From positions 29,276,012 through 29,313,431 of the forward strand of contig NC_069003.1 of assembly GCF_001194135.2 (NCBI RefSeq): a stretch of 37,420 bases of DNA, in the 5' to 3' direction. The DNA comes from Octopus bimaculoides (Eukaryota). Below the pieces are notes generated by a model. It searched no databases, was not told where the DNA came from, and was given only the letters and a program-made list of their open reading frames with translations. Every line of letters starts with the position of its first letter. Position 1 is the first letter of the stretch. A program made the position numbers and the translations under genes. Below are positions 22,961-35,110 of the stretch, in pieces.

Positions 22961-23974
22961 AGAACGGATCCCGGAAAAGAAAAAAGAAAACATTTATATT
23001 CTTCTTGAGAAAGTTTGAATTGATAAATTGATATCGAGAAAGAGACAAATGGAAGAGAGGAACGAGAAGGTGACGGACTTGATTTCAGTAAAATGAGTAA
23101 ACAAGAACTGATCTCGATACTAAGAGAGAAATATTAAAAACATAGAGACAGAAATAAGCTGAGAAGGTTATAAAGATTTTCACAAGGAAAACTGAATGTA
23201 TATTCATAATTTTACAATTGCAATGTAGAGTTAAACGCTATAATTAATTACAAAGAATAATTTCAGTTTCTTGACAAATGAATTGTATTGATTTTTAATG
23301 AACGATTAGATATTACGCGTAGTTGTAACTCGCTGAGATGATTGGATCTTTGACAGCCGGGAAGAATTCATATGTCAGATTTCGTACATTATCAATATAA
23401 GTTGCCCACATGTGAATAACATTAATAAAACTATATTATACGTACAGGCATATGTGATGCACCAAAAGTGCATTCGATATGCAGACACACTCAGACAAAA
23501 GTAGGTGCATGCGTGCATGCACAAATATAGACTAACACGAATACAGATAGACAAACTGAAAGACATACAAACTCATGGAGATTTCGTCTGCATCTATGCA
23601 AAAGTTGTATTATTCTGTCCCCAGTATTATTCACAATTTTAAATCTTTGCTGGTCTCATATAATCAATAGTTCTCGGCAAAGATTCATTAAAATACCTTA
23701 AACTGACAATTTGACAAACAACATTACAACAGACTGCAGTGGGTCACAAACGGCATCATGCCAGGAATGATTGATATCCTTCAACATGTTAAGAGTAAAC
23801 ACGAACTATGTATGCAACGTCACTTCCGACTTTAATGTCGCCATTGATGTTGTCGTTACTGCTGGTAGTGGTGGTGTTGATGTTGGTGGTATTTATTCCA
23901 AAAAGTAATTTCTGACATAGAATGTCAAAGATTAAAGTCCTGCCAATAATCAGTCTCTTTATAACTATCACTTC

Positions 23975-24020
<46 letters not shown>

Positions 24021-24194
24021 CTCTTGATTCGAACACACTTGTATGATACGTTAGTAATTGTCCCTCATAGTCCCCGTTTAACGTAGACCCATTGCGTGGA
24101 AAGTTGAAATTTAATATTCAGATGTAATATTTATCACCAGATCAATATGGCTGTTCGACACTACTACTGTTTCAACCGCAGAAAGATCGTCTGA

Positions 24195-24429
24195 CAATAA
24201 GAGATGAAAGTACTATCTATACTAAGAAGTAATATTTATCACCTCATCAATATGGTTGTTGGGCGTTACTAGTTACTATCGTTTTAACCGCAGGCAGGAT
24301 GAAGGTTGCACCGGTAACCAGCTCACAGAGGATCTGCCTGAGGCGAAAACGGTAGTAATGTCGAATAGTCATATTAATGGGACGATAAAATTTCTTTCTA
24401 AGTATAGTTACTACTTTCATCTCTTATTG
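24195..24429. mobile_element. MITE-like element with 34-bp terminal inverted repeats
   Basis: caataagagatgaaagtactatctatactaagaa (24195-24228) matches the reverse complement of 24396-24429 with 3 mismatches. No clear TSD. Confidence 0.65.
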
Positions 24430-24914
24430 AGATTTTCCAACTAGCTACTTTGCTTATTGCCGGATCAGTGACTGATGGTCGCTTTATTTTCTATGGATTG
24501 CGAGCCGTCGGGTGTTCACGAATGAAGTTGGGCACAAGTAGACCGAGACCGCTCGCTCTCGTAATCCCGTCCTCTGCTAGCGGATGTAGGAGTTCGCTCC
24601 CCTGCTTGCAATATACAGACGGTGTATGTATATATGTATGTACGTACGTATGCATGTGTACATATATGTATAGGTGTGTGTGTTTGTGCGTGCGTATTTC
24701 TCCGTATTTGCTTGCGTGTGGGAGAGGAAACGTATGCATTTGCATCACTGTCGTGTGAGTTGGTATGTTTTAACAGATATCCACAGTACCGTTCATTAAC
24801 ACATTATTTAATCTTAACCTAATATCTACCTTGGATATCGAATCTTCCAAGAAAGAAGAAATACGCCTCAGGCAACGTACCAAGGTTTGGTATAATCATT
24901 ACAAATAACATTGC

Positions 24915-24975
24915 AGGAGTTGCTCCAGCATGGCTGCAGTTCAATGCCTGAAATCGTTAAAAGATGATAAATAAA
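24915..24975 (+). mobile_element. SINE-B 3'-end fragment
   Basis: gctccagcatggctgcagttcaatgcctgaaa...aaaagatgataaataaa. Confidence 0.75.
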
Positions 24976-25554
24976 TAAGTGTATACTTATTAGTAGACAG
25001 AGATGAAAAGTAAAATACGTTTAACATTTTAGACATCTTACGTTCTTTAATCATTCTACGTTGACAGGTTACGATTTGAGTTAGATTTGTTAGCTATTTC
25101 GAACAAGAAGTCCATATGTTTTTTGTTGTTTTCGCCTTCAGTTAGTGAGAAAGGAAATTAAATTAAAATGTAATGTACTTAGTATCGCCCTAAAAAAAAA
25201 AAATTCTTAATTAATTAAAATTTCCTTTTTAGTCTGAGTTCGAAATTAAATGCCCAGTAGCAATTATCGAAAGACTGAAACAAAACAGGTGGTAATTATT
25301 TCAAGAATTTGCAGCGTAATGTTTTAAGTTCATTTGCATGTTAGCAAAAATGAGAGTCTGAAAATTCCAGGCAAGTAACAATAACAGACATGCTAATATC
25401 TCTTAGAACTCAGCAATAGGGGTTAGTGTAAGTAACCGCATGTAAGAAAGGTTCACGCAATTAAATAAAATCTGAATGAACTGAGAGCGGCTATATGCAT
25501 TTGGTGAAGTATATGGAATTATAATATAACGAATGCTTTATGCAGAACTGAGTA

Positions 25555-25591
<37 letters not shown>

Positions 25592-25836
25592 ATTTCATAT
25601 CAATTTTTCACATGGAGGAGGCATTCGTCTAAGTAATTGGCTGGAAAAATTTGGGTATTTTTCATCACACGAAACCAATGGTAACCTTTATGCTTTTTTC
25701 GTTTCGCTCACCCGTATACTGTTGAATCTGTTATTTTCAGTGTAAATATTTTTGGTGGCTAAACTGAGGTGTTTTAACTCCTATTTCTAGCGGGTCAAAC
25801 ACTTTAATGTATCCTTTGATTAATGTAAATCATATG

Positions 25837-25869
<33 letters not shown>

Positions 25870-25874
25870 TTGTG

Positions 25875-25917
<43 letters not shown>

Positions 25918-27071
25918 TCACATGTATATACACATACATATATATATATATATAAACATATAAACGTACATAGACACACACACATATGATAGATTAAAGA
26001 AAAACAGAGAACGCATAGAATATTCACTTTTTAATCATTGTGCAGTCATATTCAGGTCTTCTTTTTTGCCTATGTGACGTTTCAGCCAATTGTTAGCGTC
26101 CATACTTGCATTTTAAAATCTGTTATGATGTAACAAATAGACAATGACTTCTTGGCATTTTAACTGCTAATTTCCGTTTTTTCTCGAATGGAGAATTATT
26201 CCAACTGAATGGGAAAAATTGTGTTCCATTATTCAACCGCGTGGTGAATACTGTTCTAAAAGCATCTCAAAGCTGGCTTATCGACCCTACTGGTCAAGGG
26301 AGGAATTTATTTGCCAAATCTACGTCATTTAATTACATTCCGCTTTTTGGTCTATTTGATAAACACATCAATCGCTGTTTTTTTTTCCAGAGTAGTCAAG
26401 GCTTTCAATTCCCTTACTACTAATTATATACTTTTCGTGTATCAGGCTCTTACGGTGTCTGTCTGTGTTTTTATTATTCATATTTTAATAAATTAATATT
26501 GGTAGGTACTTGAATCTATTTGTTCGTATGTTATAGATACATATATCATCACTGTTATTACTTATACTATTGTTACTAGTATCGATATTATTTTTAAATA
26601 TTAATATCTTAATGGATAGGCAGGTTCATTTTATTTGTTCGTATATCTAATTTATATTATAGATACTTGATTTATTGGTATCATATTATTTTTATCCCCC
26701 ATAATATCTATTTAAAATTTTATTATATTAACCTTAAGTTTTTATTTCTTATATATCCCCAGCACAAGTTATTTAATCTTGTTATTTTTCCGGGGTTTTT
26801 TTTTATCTAACATGCATATCTTTATTTTTATGGACAGGGCCTATGACCTCTACTTGCCTATTGCTAATTAATTTACGTTTTGATGTGATAGTCTAGTATA
26901 TTTCCCTTAACATATTTCTTTTACTCTCATATATTGTGCTGTCACCTAATATATTCTGTTACAACTATTTGTACTGCCCACCTATATATTTTGCTCGTAT
27001 TAGTGTTATTGATATTAATAGAAAAGATGTTCACTCTGGTTTCAGTTCGAACAGAAATAGACAATATATTC

Positions 27072-27148
<77 letters not shown>

Positions 27149-27157
27149 AGTGTATAC

Positions 27158-27220
27158 ACGGTGGTGCACCAGCATGACCGCAGCCACTTGGCTGAAACAC
27201 ATAAATAAATAAATAAATAA
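27158..27220 (+). mobile_element. SINE-B 3'-end fragment after a (TA)n(TG)n tract
   Basis: ggtggtgcaccagcatgaccgcagccacttggctgaaacacataaataaa. Confidence 0.78.
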
Positions 27221-28091
27221 AAATATATATGTATGTATATATATATANNNNNNNNNNNNNNNNNNNNNNATATATATAGTAGTTACTTATGTTTGAATGT
27301 ACTTATGTACGTATGAATAACCAAGTTAACTGTAAGCCGTTGCTTATTAATTATGAATCCCAACTGTGGAAAAATGTCTCACTAATTAGATACAACTCAA
27401 AAGAATGTAATTTCAAACAATTTTCAAAGTATGATGTTAATAAATCAAAAAAATGAGTTTTAATATTGTAAAAAAAGTCAATTACTTTAATTTACATCGA
27501 AATTATATTTTAAATATCATATGGTTCGGATGGAAATCAATTCATGATTCTTCACATAATTCGTAAATACATATTTAAATATTATATTTCTATTGTTGTT
27601 CATAAATCAATATTAAATATTTCTATGCTAATGAGTTCTTATCTACGTAGCATTTCTCCATTTTATTATGTTAAACAGAAAAGAAATGTTTTTGCTTGTT
27701 AATTATAATTTAATACGTTTCTCTACGTCCCACAGTATATTGAATTGAAGTATATTAACATTAAAGTAAGTGAGAAAGATTCGATGTGTTAATTAGACCT
27801 GAAACTTATTCCAGCTAAGTCATCTAGCCATCACGTCATATTCTTTTCCAGGAAGGAAGTAATCTGCATAGATACAAGTGCGACTGTGTAGTATGCAGTT
27901 TGCTTCTCAACCACATAGTTTACGGTTCAGTTCCGCCGCATGGCACCTCGGGAAAGTACCTGTCAATATGGCCCCCGGGTGGCCAGAGTGTTGCGAGCGT
28001 ATCTGGTTGACAGAAGCGAAAGATATATATATTTACGCAAACAGTAAACCCCATACCCGTATCGGATGGGAGAGTCTGTCATATATATATA

Positions 28092-28300
28092 GGGGGTGGG
28101 TTCGTGTGTGTGTATCGTTGGCGATTTTCTTTATCCGTTTTCCCTTCTTTGGACTTTTTCTATATTTCTGATGAAGAGCTCCGCTCGAAACGTGAAGTCC
28201 TTTCTTTTCTCTCCTTTCCTGAGCATCCAATAACAGTACTTGTTCCACATCCTCACGTTGTTGTTTTTTCTTGCTTGTTCTCGATTGGATTGACTACATA
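28092..28300 (+). mobile_element. Penelope-like element terminal-repeat relic flanked by (TA)n
   Basis: A pyrimidine-rich segment with the CTGATGAAG...CGAAACG motif typical of Penelope-like element termini; no homology to the SINE-B body around it. Confidence 0.6.
28164..28198 (+). ncRNA. Minimal type I hammerhead ribozyme motif, probably inactivated (N17 = G)
   Basis: AUUU-CUGAUGA-A-GAGC-UCC-GCUC-GAAA-CG-U-G-AAGU: 4-bp stem I, intact core, 4-bp stem II, palindromic ACGU at stem III. Confidence 0.6.
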
Positions 28301-29780
28301 TATATATATATTTGTATCCAAACGCATACATAAACATATGTATATGTCTGTGCATGTGTATTTGTGTCTCTCTCCCACCACTTCGCCTCTAATGCTTGTG
28401 TACGTCCTTGTGACATTACTGGTTCGCCTAAATTGATCGATAGAATAACTTACAGAATTCAAAACTTAAACACCGATTTGTTCGACTAAAACCTTTCAAG
28501 GCAGTGCCATGCCATGGCCGCAGCCCAAAGTCTTAAACAAGTAAAAGATTGAAATATAGAAGATAGTTATTGTTTTCTTAGTTCCAATATGTCTGGAAAA
28601 AAATATTTAAATAAAAGATTCAAAATTCTGATTTATGAGCACTGCGCTGTCTTCCATACGTTCAGTCAATGAAGGTCGACATTTTGTACTTTTGAATCAA
28701 TATCGGAACATTAAATCCTTTAGTTTTCAACATTTGACAGAACAAAAGTTTTAAAAGTCCTCTTCTAAATATGAATGGATTAAATACGTTGTCAATAAAA
28801 AAAATATACATATTTCAATAATCTCTTTAAGCAATAAATATTATTTAGAGATCTTAAAAAGTTTTCTATTCAATATGAATTCAAAAACGTTGTCAATAAA
28901 AGTAAACTCATTGTCATATGCTGTTTATGATATAAATATTAGTAATAATAAAGAAAGCATCTTTTTATGATTCAGAGAAGGCAAATGAATATGATCCTTG
29001 ACCTTTTCCCAAGCGTCCAAGGCTGATAGAAATGGAATAAATTATTTAGTGACAGGATACATATACCCAATACTTACAATAAAATGTTCTAGTTACCCAA
29101 GGACCAGATAGTATTTTTAAACCGCGCGAAGGAAAGAATCAGCCTACTTTACTCGTAAAGGTTTAGTGTAAAACTGGATAAGGTAAAAGGCATATATCCC
29201 AGCTAACGCACAATGGGATCCATTTTGAAGGTATGGTTTGAAGCAAATTTATGCAGGTAAATTCTCATGTATTGCAGGTAGATCCAGTGAGATCCTCCGT
29301 GGTTGTATATGTTGTTGAATATAGTACTTCTAGGTTAATATCACTAGAAGGTTTTATTATATTAATTAAATAAATCGGCGACTAATTATTGCCACGTAAA
29401 ATATACAGGTTTCTCTTAAGCATTATATAGAATTATTATCTGTAGTTTTTGTTCTTCAGTTAGCTATGGAATATTCAGTGCGTTTTCATGAAATATTAGT
29501 CTCTCCACACATAACATATTGATTATTTTGAAGCGGTGGCGTCAAACATTCGGAGAAAATTAACTCTAAAGAAACAGTTAGCATTTGTCATATGTCAGAA
29601 AACAATACCAATCACGTGTTATCATGTATTATTTAGTACTAAAACATGATTTGCGTTTCAAAGAAGTATAACAAATGTTCTTTTAATAGAATTGCTGTTC
29701 TTAAAGGCGCTAGCTGTATAGGCTTAGCAATATGACGCATTTATTCAGTAAGTTTCCTCAACGCTGAAGACTTACTTTGC

Positions 29781-29782
<2 letters not shown>

Positions 29783-29827
<45 letters not shown>
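29783..29827. repeat. (TTTC)n microsatellite
   Basis: Read directly. Confidence 0.95.
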
Positions 29828-29828
<1 letters not shown>

Positions 29829-30430
29829 GTTATTTTATTTTAAATTTGTCTTTTTTCTCTTTCCATTGGAAAGAATCATGAATGTCGGAAATAGTTTTCT
29901 CCTAAATAAATAGAAGTTTTCATGATATGTTATTATATTTTCTTTTATACGACCGAGCTTTCATAACGGAAAACATTAATAATAAAACACATACATGCCA
30001 ACATGTATGCAGGTATATATATATATATATATATANNNNNNNNNNNNNNNNNNNNNNNNNNNNNNNNNNNNNNNNNNNNNNNNNNNNNNNNNNNNNNNNN
30101 NNNNNNNNNNNNNNNNNNNNNNNNNNNNNNNNNNNNNNNNNNNNNNNNNNNNNNNNNNNNNNNNNNNNNNNNNNNNNNNNNNNNNNNNNNNNNNNNNNNN
30201 NNNNNNNNNNNNNNNNNNNNNNNNNNNNNNNNNNNNNNNNNNNNNNNNNNNNNNNNNNNNNNNNNNNNNNNNNNNNNNNNNNNNNNNNNNNNNNNNNNNN
30301 NNNNNNNNNNNNNNNNNNNNNNNNNNNNNNNNNNNNNNNNNNNNNNNNNNNNNNNNNNNNNNNNNNNNNNNNNNNNNNNNNNNNNNNNNNNNNNNNNNNN
30401 NNNNNNNNNNNNNNNNNNNNNNNNNNNNNN

Positions 30431-30540
30431 TAAGTACTAGGCTTACAAAAAATAAGTCCTGAGGTCGATTTGCTCGACTAAAGGCCGTGCTCCAGCATGG
30501 CCGCAGTCAAATGACTGAAACAAGTAAAAGGGTAAAAGAG
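30431..30540 (+). mobile_element. SINE-B 3' half, well preserved; the rest is in the gap
   Basis: taagtactaggcttac...gtcctgaggtcgatttgctcgactaaaggccgtgctccagcatggccgcagtcaaatgactgaaacaagtaaaag. Confidence 0.92.
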
Positions 30541-30560
30541 TATATACATGCATATATATA

Positions 30561-30591
<31 letters not shown>

Positions 30592-30660
30592 AGTTATTCA
30601 TAGATCAAACTTACTCAGATTACAGAGACTCAAAGAGATAGAGTGAATAAGTCGTTACAG

Positions 30661-30720
30661 GTCCAACAGCTAAGTGCTTGGCGTTACTTCATAAAGCTGA
30701 CACGGTGGAGACATCGGAGT
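30661..30720 (+). other. Possible 60-bp internal exon
   Basis: gttacag|GTCC...GGAGT|gtaagt; open in two frames (GPTAKCLALLHKADTVETSE or VQQLSAWRYFIKLTRWRHRS). Weak pyrimidine tract, no homology. Confidence 0.22.
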
Positions 30721-30804
30721 GTAAGTTCAGATGATTTTAGCACTACGAAGTGTCTTATATATAGATTTTCTCGCTTTCATTTGCTGTCTGCCCCTCTCTT
30801 TCTT

Positions 30805-30856
<52 letters not shown>

Positions 30857-31894
30857 ATCTCTCTCTCTATATATAGATATATATTTATATCTATATGCAC
30901 GGGTGTGTATGTGTGTATATGTGTTCTTGTGTGTCTAAGTGTATGTGTGTGTGTGTGTGTGAGTGTGTGTGTGTGGAACGGACTAAGGACATACGCCTGC
31001 CCAGTGTATTTACGAAAATTCGAAGGCCCCGCTCTAAGAATGTGAATATAGATTGGAGAGCGGGTGAAAGGGCTCGTATCTTTGGTGTTCAGGATATATA
31101 GGATTACTTGATTGTCCGTAATTGAACTTTTACCTATATCGGGAAGACAGCATTATTCACGTTATCCCATCTGTTCTTACATGGCATTAATATTTTAAGG
31201 ACCCACTAGTTCTATCCTCTGAGCAATATATTTGTCTCTCCGTTTCCAGATATGTTTTGCAAACGTAGTGGTATACTTTGTCATACTGTCTAAATGACGT
31301 CTCGTAATTAGGCATTCTTCAAACGGGTTCTATTATTTGATTTGTTGCGTTTGATGTGACTTCAGTATAACTACAAGAAGGACGGAAAACTTGTTGACTC
31401 TTCACTGTTATCGTTAAAACGAAGATAAACATAGAGATCTGCAGATTAGAAGAGAATCTTGTTTATATAATTACACTCAAAATATTGAATATGCTTTGGT
31501 ACTACAAAAGTGAATTCGAAACCATAAGATCACAAAAGGACTTGATAAGTACATAGCTTCAAAGTGAAAATAATTTCCTGCTTACGCGACTTAATAACTA
31601 AGAAACTTTTTTGTTTAATTGTGTAGCGGCGGAAGGTGAGGTACCTTAGAAAAATGTTTGATATGAGCTTTGATAGATAAAGAATTAAACATGATTATTC
31701 TACATATGTAGGCTTAAATTACTTTCCCGTTTGCAGCCTTGTATATGTCTTTCAGTGTGTACGTATGAATATATATAAAGGAAAGAATAAATAGAGTCAA
31801 AAGAAAGAGGCAGTATGATTCGACAGGTGTTTAATGACCACTACACATGTTTCATTACAACATAGATCCTAGAACTGGTAGTATACCATAATAC

Positions 31895-32035
31895 TGCCGG
31901 TTGTCTGGTAATATTAATGGTGAACGAAAAGAGACTCGTGGAATAAGTACTAGACTTCGAAATAAGTACTACGTTCAATTTGTTCTAGATGGTGCCCCCT
32001 CAGTCCGTTGTGTGAAACAAGTAATAAATAAATGA
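31895..32035 (+). mobile_element. SINE-B 3' half, old
   Basis: gaaaagagactcgtggaataagtactagacttcgaaataagtact...ggtgccccctcag...gaaacaagtaataaa. Confidence 0.65.
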
Positions 32036-32087
32036 TAAAAAGATACATATACAAATACACACACACACACACACACAGATATATGTG

Positions 32088-32121
<34 letters not shown>

Positions 32122-32443
32122 ATCTTTGTATTTTTTACAAATTCCCCCCAAAAGTCACAAATAGGGGGAAATAAAAATGTTGGAAACGTGATTTCTGGAC
32201 AAAATAGTATTAAACCCTCTTCTACAATGAAACAATACATAGTTTATTATCATCCTTAAGAACAGAAAGCACTTTCACATAAACCTTTCCTTTCACTATT
32301 AAACAAACAATAACTTCCATTATGCCATTATCAGCTGTACCGATTCAACCCATAAGAAAGGCACAAATAATACAATGTGCCTGTAGGGCATAACACACGG
32401 GNNNNNNNNNNNNNNNNNNNNNNNNNNNNNNNNNNNNNNNNNN

Positions 32444-32488
<45 letters not shown>

Positions 32489-33334
32489 TGAAGCCTTGCT
32501 TCCTATAATTCTCTACCACAGCATTGTAACCTTGAGGTATGTACAAAACACATTTGCTATGTATCACATACCCAATGGTCAAATAGCCACTTAATGGAAT
32601 CGAACCTGTTAAAACGTTAAAACATGAACGCAGGACTAAAATTTTAAATGCATAATCGCTTCTAACCCAAATGACTCCTCTTGTTATGTTTTATCCTATT
32701 ACATTCCATTATATTAAATCGAAAATACAAATATAGTAGAAGGCTTTGAAATTCAAAGTAACTGGCGAGATAAGGAGCATCTTTTAAGAAGTACATTACA
32801 TGTTTACTCAGAAATTTACTTTACATAGGAATACATCATTAACCATGCAAAAGTCATGGCATGAAACGAACGTTAAAGCCATTTCATTATTCTCAAAGAA
32901 AATCTATTTAAGGCGTGGAGATTTATAACTGCTTTGATTTCAGTTCAGATGTAAGCAAACATATAATCATCAATAATACTAATAATATAGATAGGTTTTG
33001 CTGTGATGCAACCTATGTCATACTACTTCAACCAAAAGGAATAACCTCGTTGACCTTGTAATCTCGTGGCCTATCATATATGTTCATTTACACAATCTGA
33101 AATGTCAAGTCAGCGGATGAGGTTTTATATTACGAATCGATGACTTTGAACTCACAAAGCAGTCATATCTTAGCGTTTTATTATTTATAGTTCAATTCCT
33201 ATTGCACTGACAGTGCCAAAACGTAAACCGAAGAAAAAAGCCAATTTCTTATTAAGATTAAATATGATAATTCATATATCTGTAGTTATGCATGTATACG
33301 AACTTCATATGTGCTCTTGCTTGCAGGCGTGTAC

Positions 33335-33385
<51 letters not shown>

Positions 33386-33515
33386 TATATATAAGGGCAT
33401 AACTATACAAGAATGCCTCACGTTAACTACCGTAATAAACACATTTTTACGGTAAAAATGTGTTTATTACGGTATTAATGTGAGGCATTCTTATATAGTT
33501 ATACCCTTATATATA
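33386..33515. repeat. Near-perfect 130-bp palindrome in a (TA)n tract, fold-back/MITE-like
   Basis: Arms 33386-33449 and 33453-33515 differ by 3 substitutions and 1 indel; loop cgg. Confidence 0.95.
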
Positions 33516-33663
33516 TAAATAGATAAATATGATTTTGGGAAGAACGATAGATTCTTCCTTATGAATACATGTGGTATATATGTATATGTATGTATAAGTA
33601 TATATATGTATGTATGCATATTCTTCTCCCTCACTCTCTTGCTTTCTCACTCTGTCTTTCTCC

Positions 33664-33723
<60 letters not shown>
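33664..33723. repeat. (CTAT)n microsatellite
   Basis: Read directly. Confidence 0.98.
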
Positions 33724-34469
33724 TCGTTAGATTTCAGTTTTCCAAACTGCATACGCACGAATTTATGGAATATCACGAACGTCAATTTGTAGGTTTTTAT
33801 AGCAGTCCCCAGTTTGCAACGTTCACTCATATGATACAACAAGGAACAGATGTGATACCACTTGATTCAAATATCACGAGAAGGATATAGTCATCGATGC
33901 AAATTATATTGTATAATATGAAACACTTTCGAATAAAATAGTAAAGAAACATGCTTCTGATTAGACATTATCTATCAGTTAGCCTTTAATCTCTGAGATA
34001 TATATTTGATTGGAATCAATTCTATTGTTAAATTAATAGCTTCAAGAAAGCGGACAATAGTCAACATCTGGTCGTCCATTTCAATAAATGCTACACGAAC
34101 GATAAACTGCTTAAAGCCGACGCAATCAGAGTAGATCGATTGTTTTTATATTTGATTTACTGCACATTTGTTTTACAGACAGGATACGATCATTAAACTA
34201 TTAACTGAACATATATGTAAGAGAGATTTTACGGAATTCCCAGTGATTCGTGTCTGTGACACATTTTAATTGCAGGATCAGACTGTTTAGCTTAATGCCG
34301 TTTCGTTATGAATATCACAGATAGCTGTTCGTCTCACGATTCATTACACTCGGACATAATACATAAATGTTACGTAATTAGGCAGCTCCATTTACAAACT
34401 ATTAACATAACAGGAAGAAACTATTAAATGCTAGTTACTAAATTATTAAAATGCATGCATCGCTGATGG

Positions 34470-34625
34470 TTCAGTGTTGCAGGCATGGTCATCTTGTTGT
34501 GGGGTTTCTGTTGTCACCATGCTATTCTATGATCGAGCCTACGGTTTGGCAATTTGGGCAAATATGTTTCCCCATATTCTCGAGTTGGTCAATGCCTTCT
34601 GAACGGAATCTTGTATGGAGAATCA
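34470..34625 (-). pseudogene. Possible RTE-type ORF C-terminal zinc-finger relic
   Basis: Minus frame TRFRSEGIDQLENMGKHICPNCQTVGSII resembles the RTE end WR..I.EG...FE..R...C..C.R.C.S.IGL. Low identity. Confidence 0.28.
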
Positions 34626-34683
34626 CTGTATGTCTGGTGGTGATGTTCATGATGATGGTGGTATCTTTGTGTGTGCGTGCGTG

Positions 34684-34733
<50 letters not shown>

Positions 34734-35049
34734 TGTGTGTGTGTGTGTATTTTACTCCCTTCCGCTGTTGACTGGAGTTAAAAAGTGTTAAAAAGCGACG
34801 TTTTCATCTATTGCCGTTTTAATCCAACGTTCTGTTTATCTAGAATTTCAATCTTCTTCATACAAAAGATAATCAAATATTTGGAATCGCATGAAAGAGC
34901 ACAAAGATCAATTCTAAATATTAAGAGTTTGCAAGCATCCCACTAGGGGTCAAGCAAAATTCTTCTTGCTTTAAGAAATCTATTGTAAATAGTTACACAA
35001 AAACTGGGTGTGTAATTTGTATTTAATCCTCTTTGGATTACGCTCTCAA

Positions 35050-35110
<61 letters not shown>
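35050..35110. repeat. (GATA)n microsatellite
   Basis: Read directly. Confidence 0.98.

Larger units (their letters stand above)
27875..28560 (+). mobile_element. Old SINE-B (head 27875-28020, tail ~28360-28560) interrupted by a nested insert
   Basis: Head gcgactgtgtag...cttctcaaccacatag...ggttcagttccg...ggcacctcgggaaagt; tail gatcgatagaataa...gatttgttcgactaaaacctttcaaggcagtgcc...catggccgcag...aaacaagtaaaaga. Confidence 0.78.

Noticed and set aside
30966-31101. Protein-like frame ERTKDIRLPSVFTKIRRPRSKNVNIDWRAGERARIFGVQDI
   Set aside because: It starts inside (TG)n, has no acceptor site, and matches no family I recognise.
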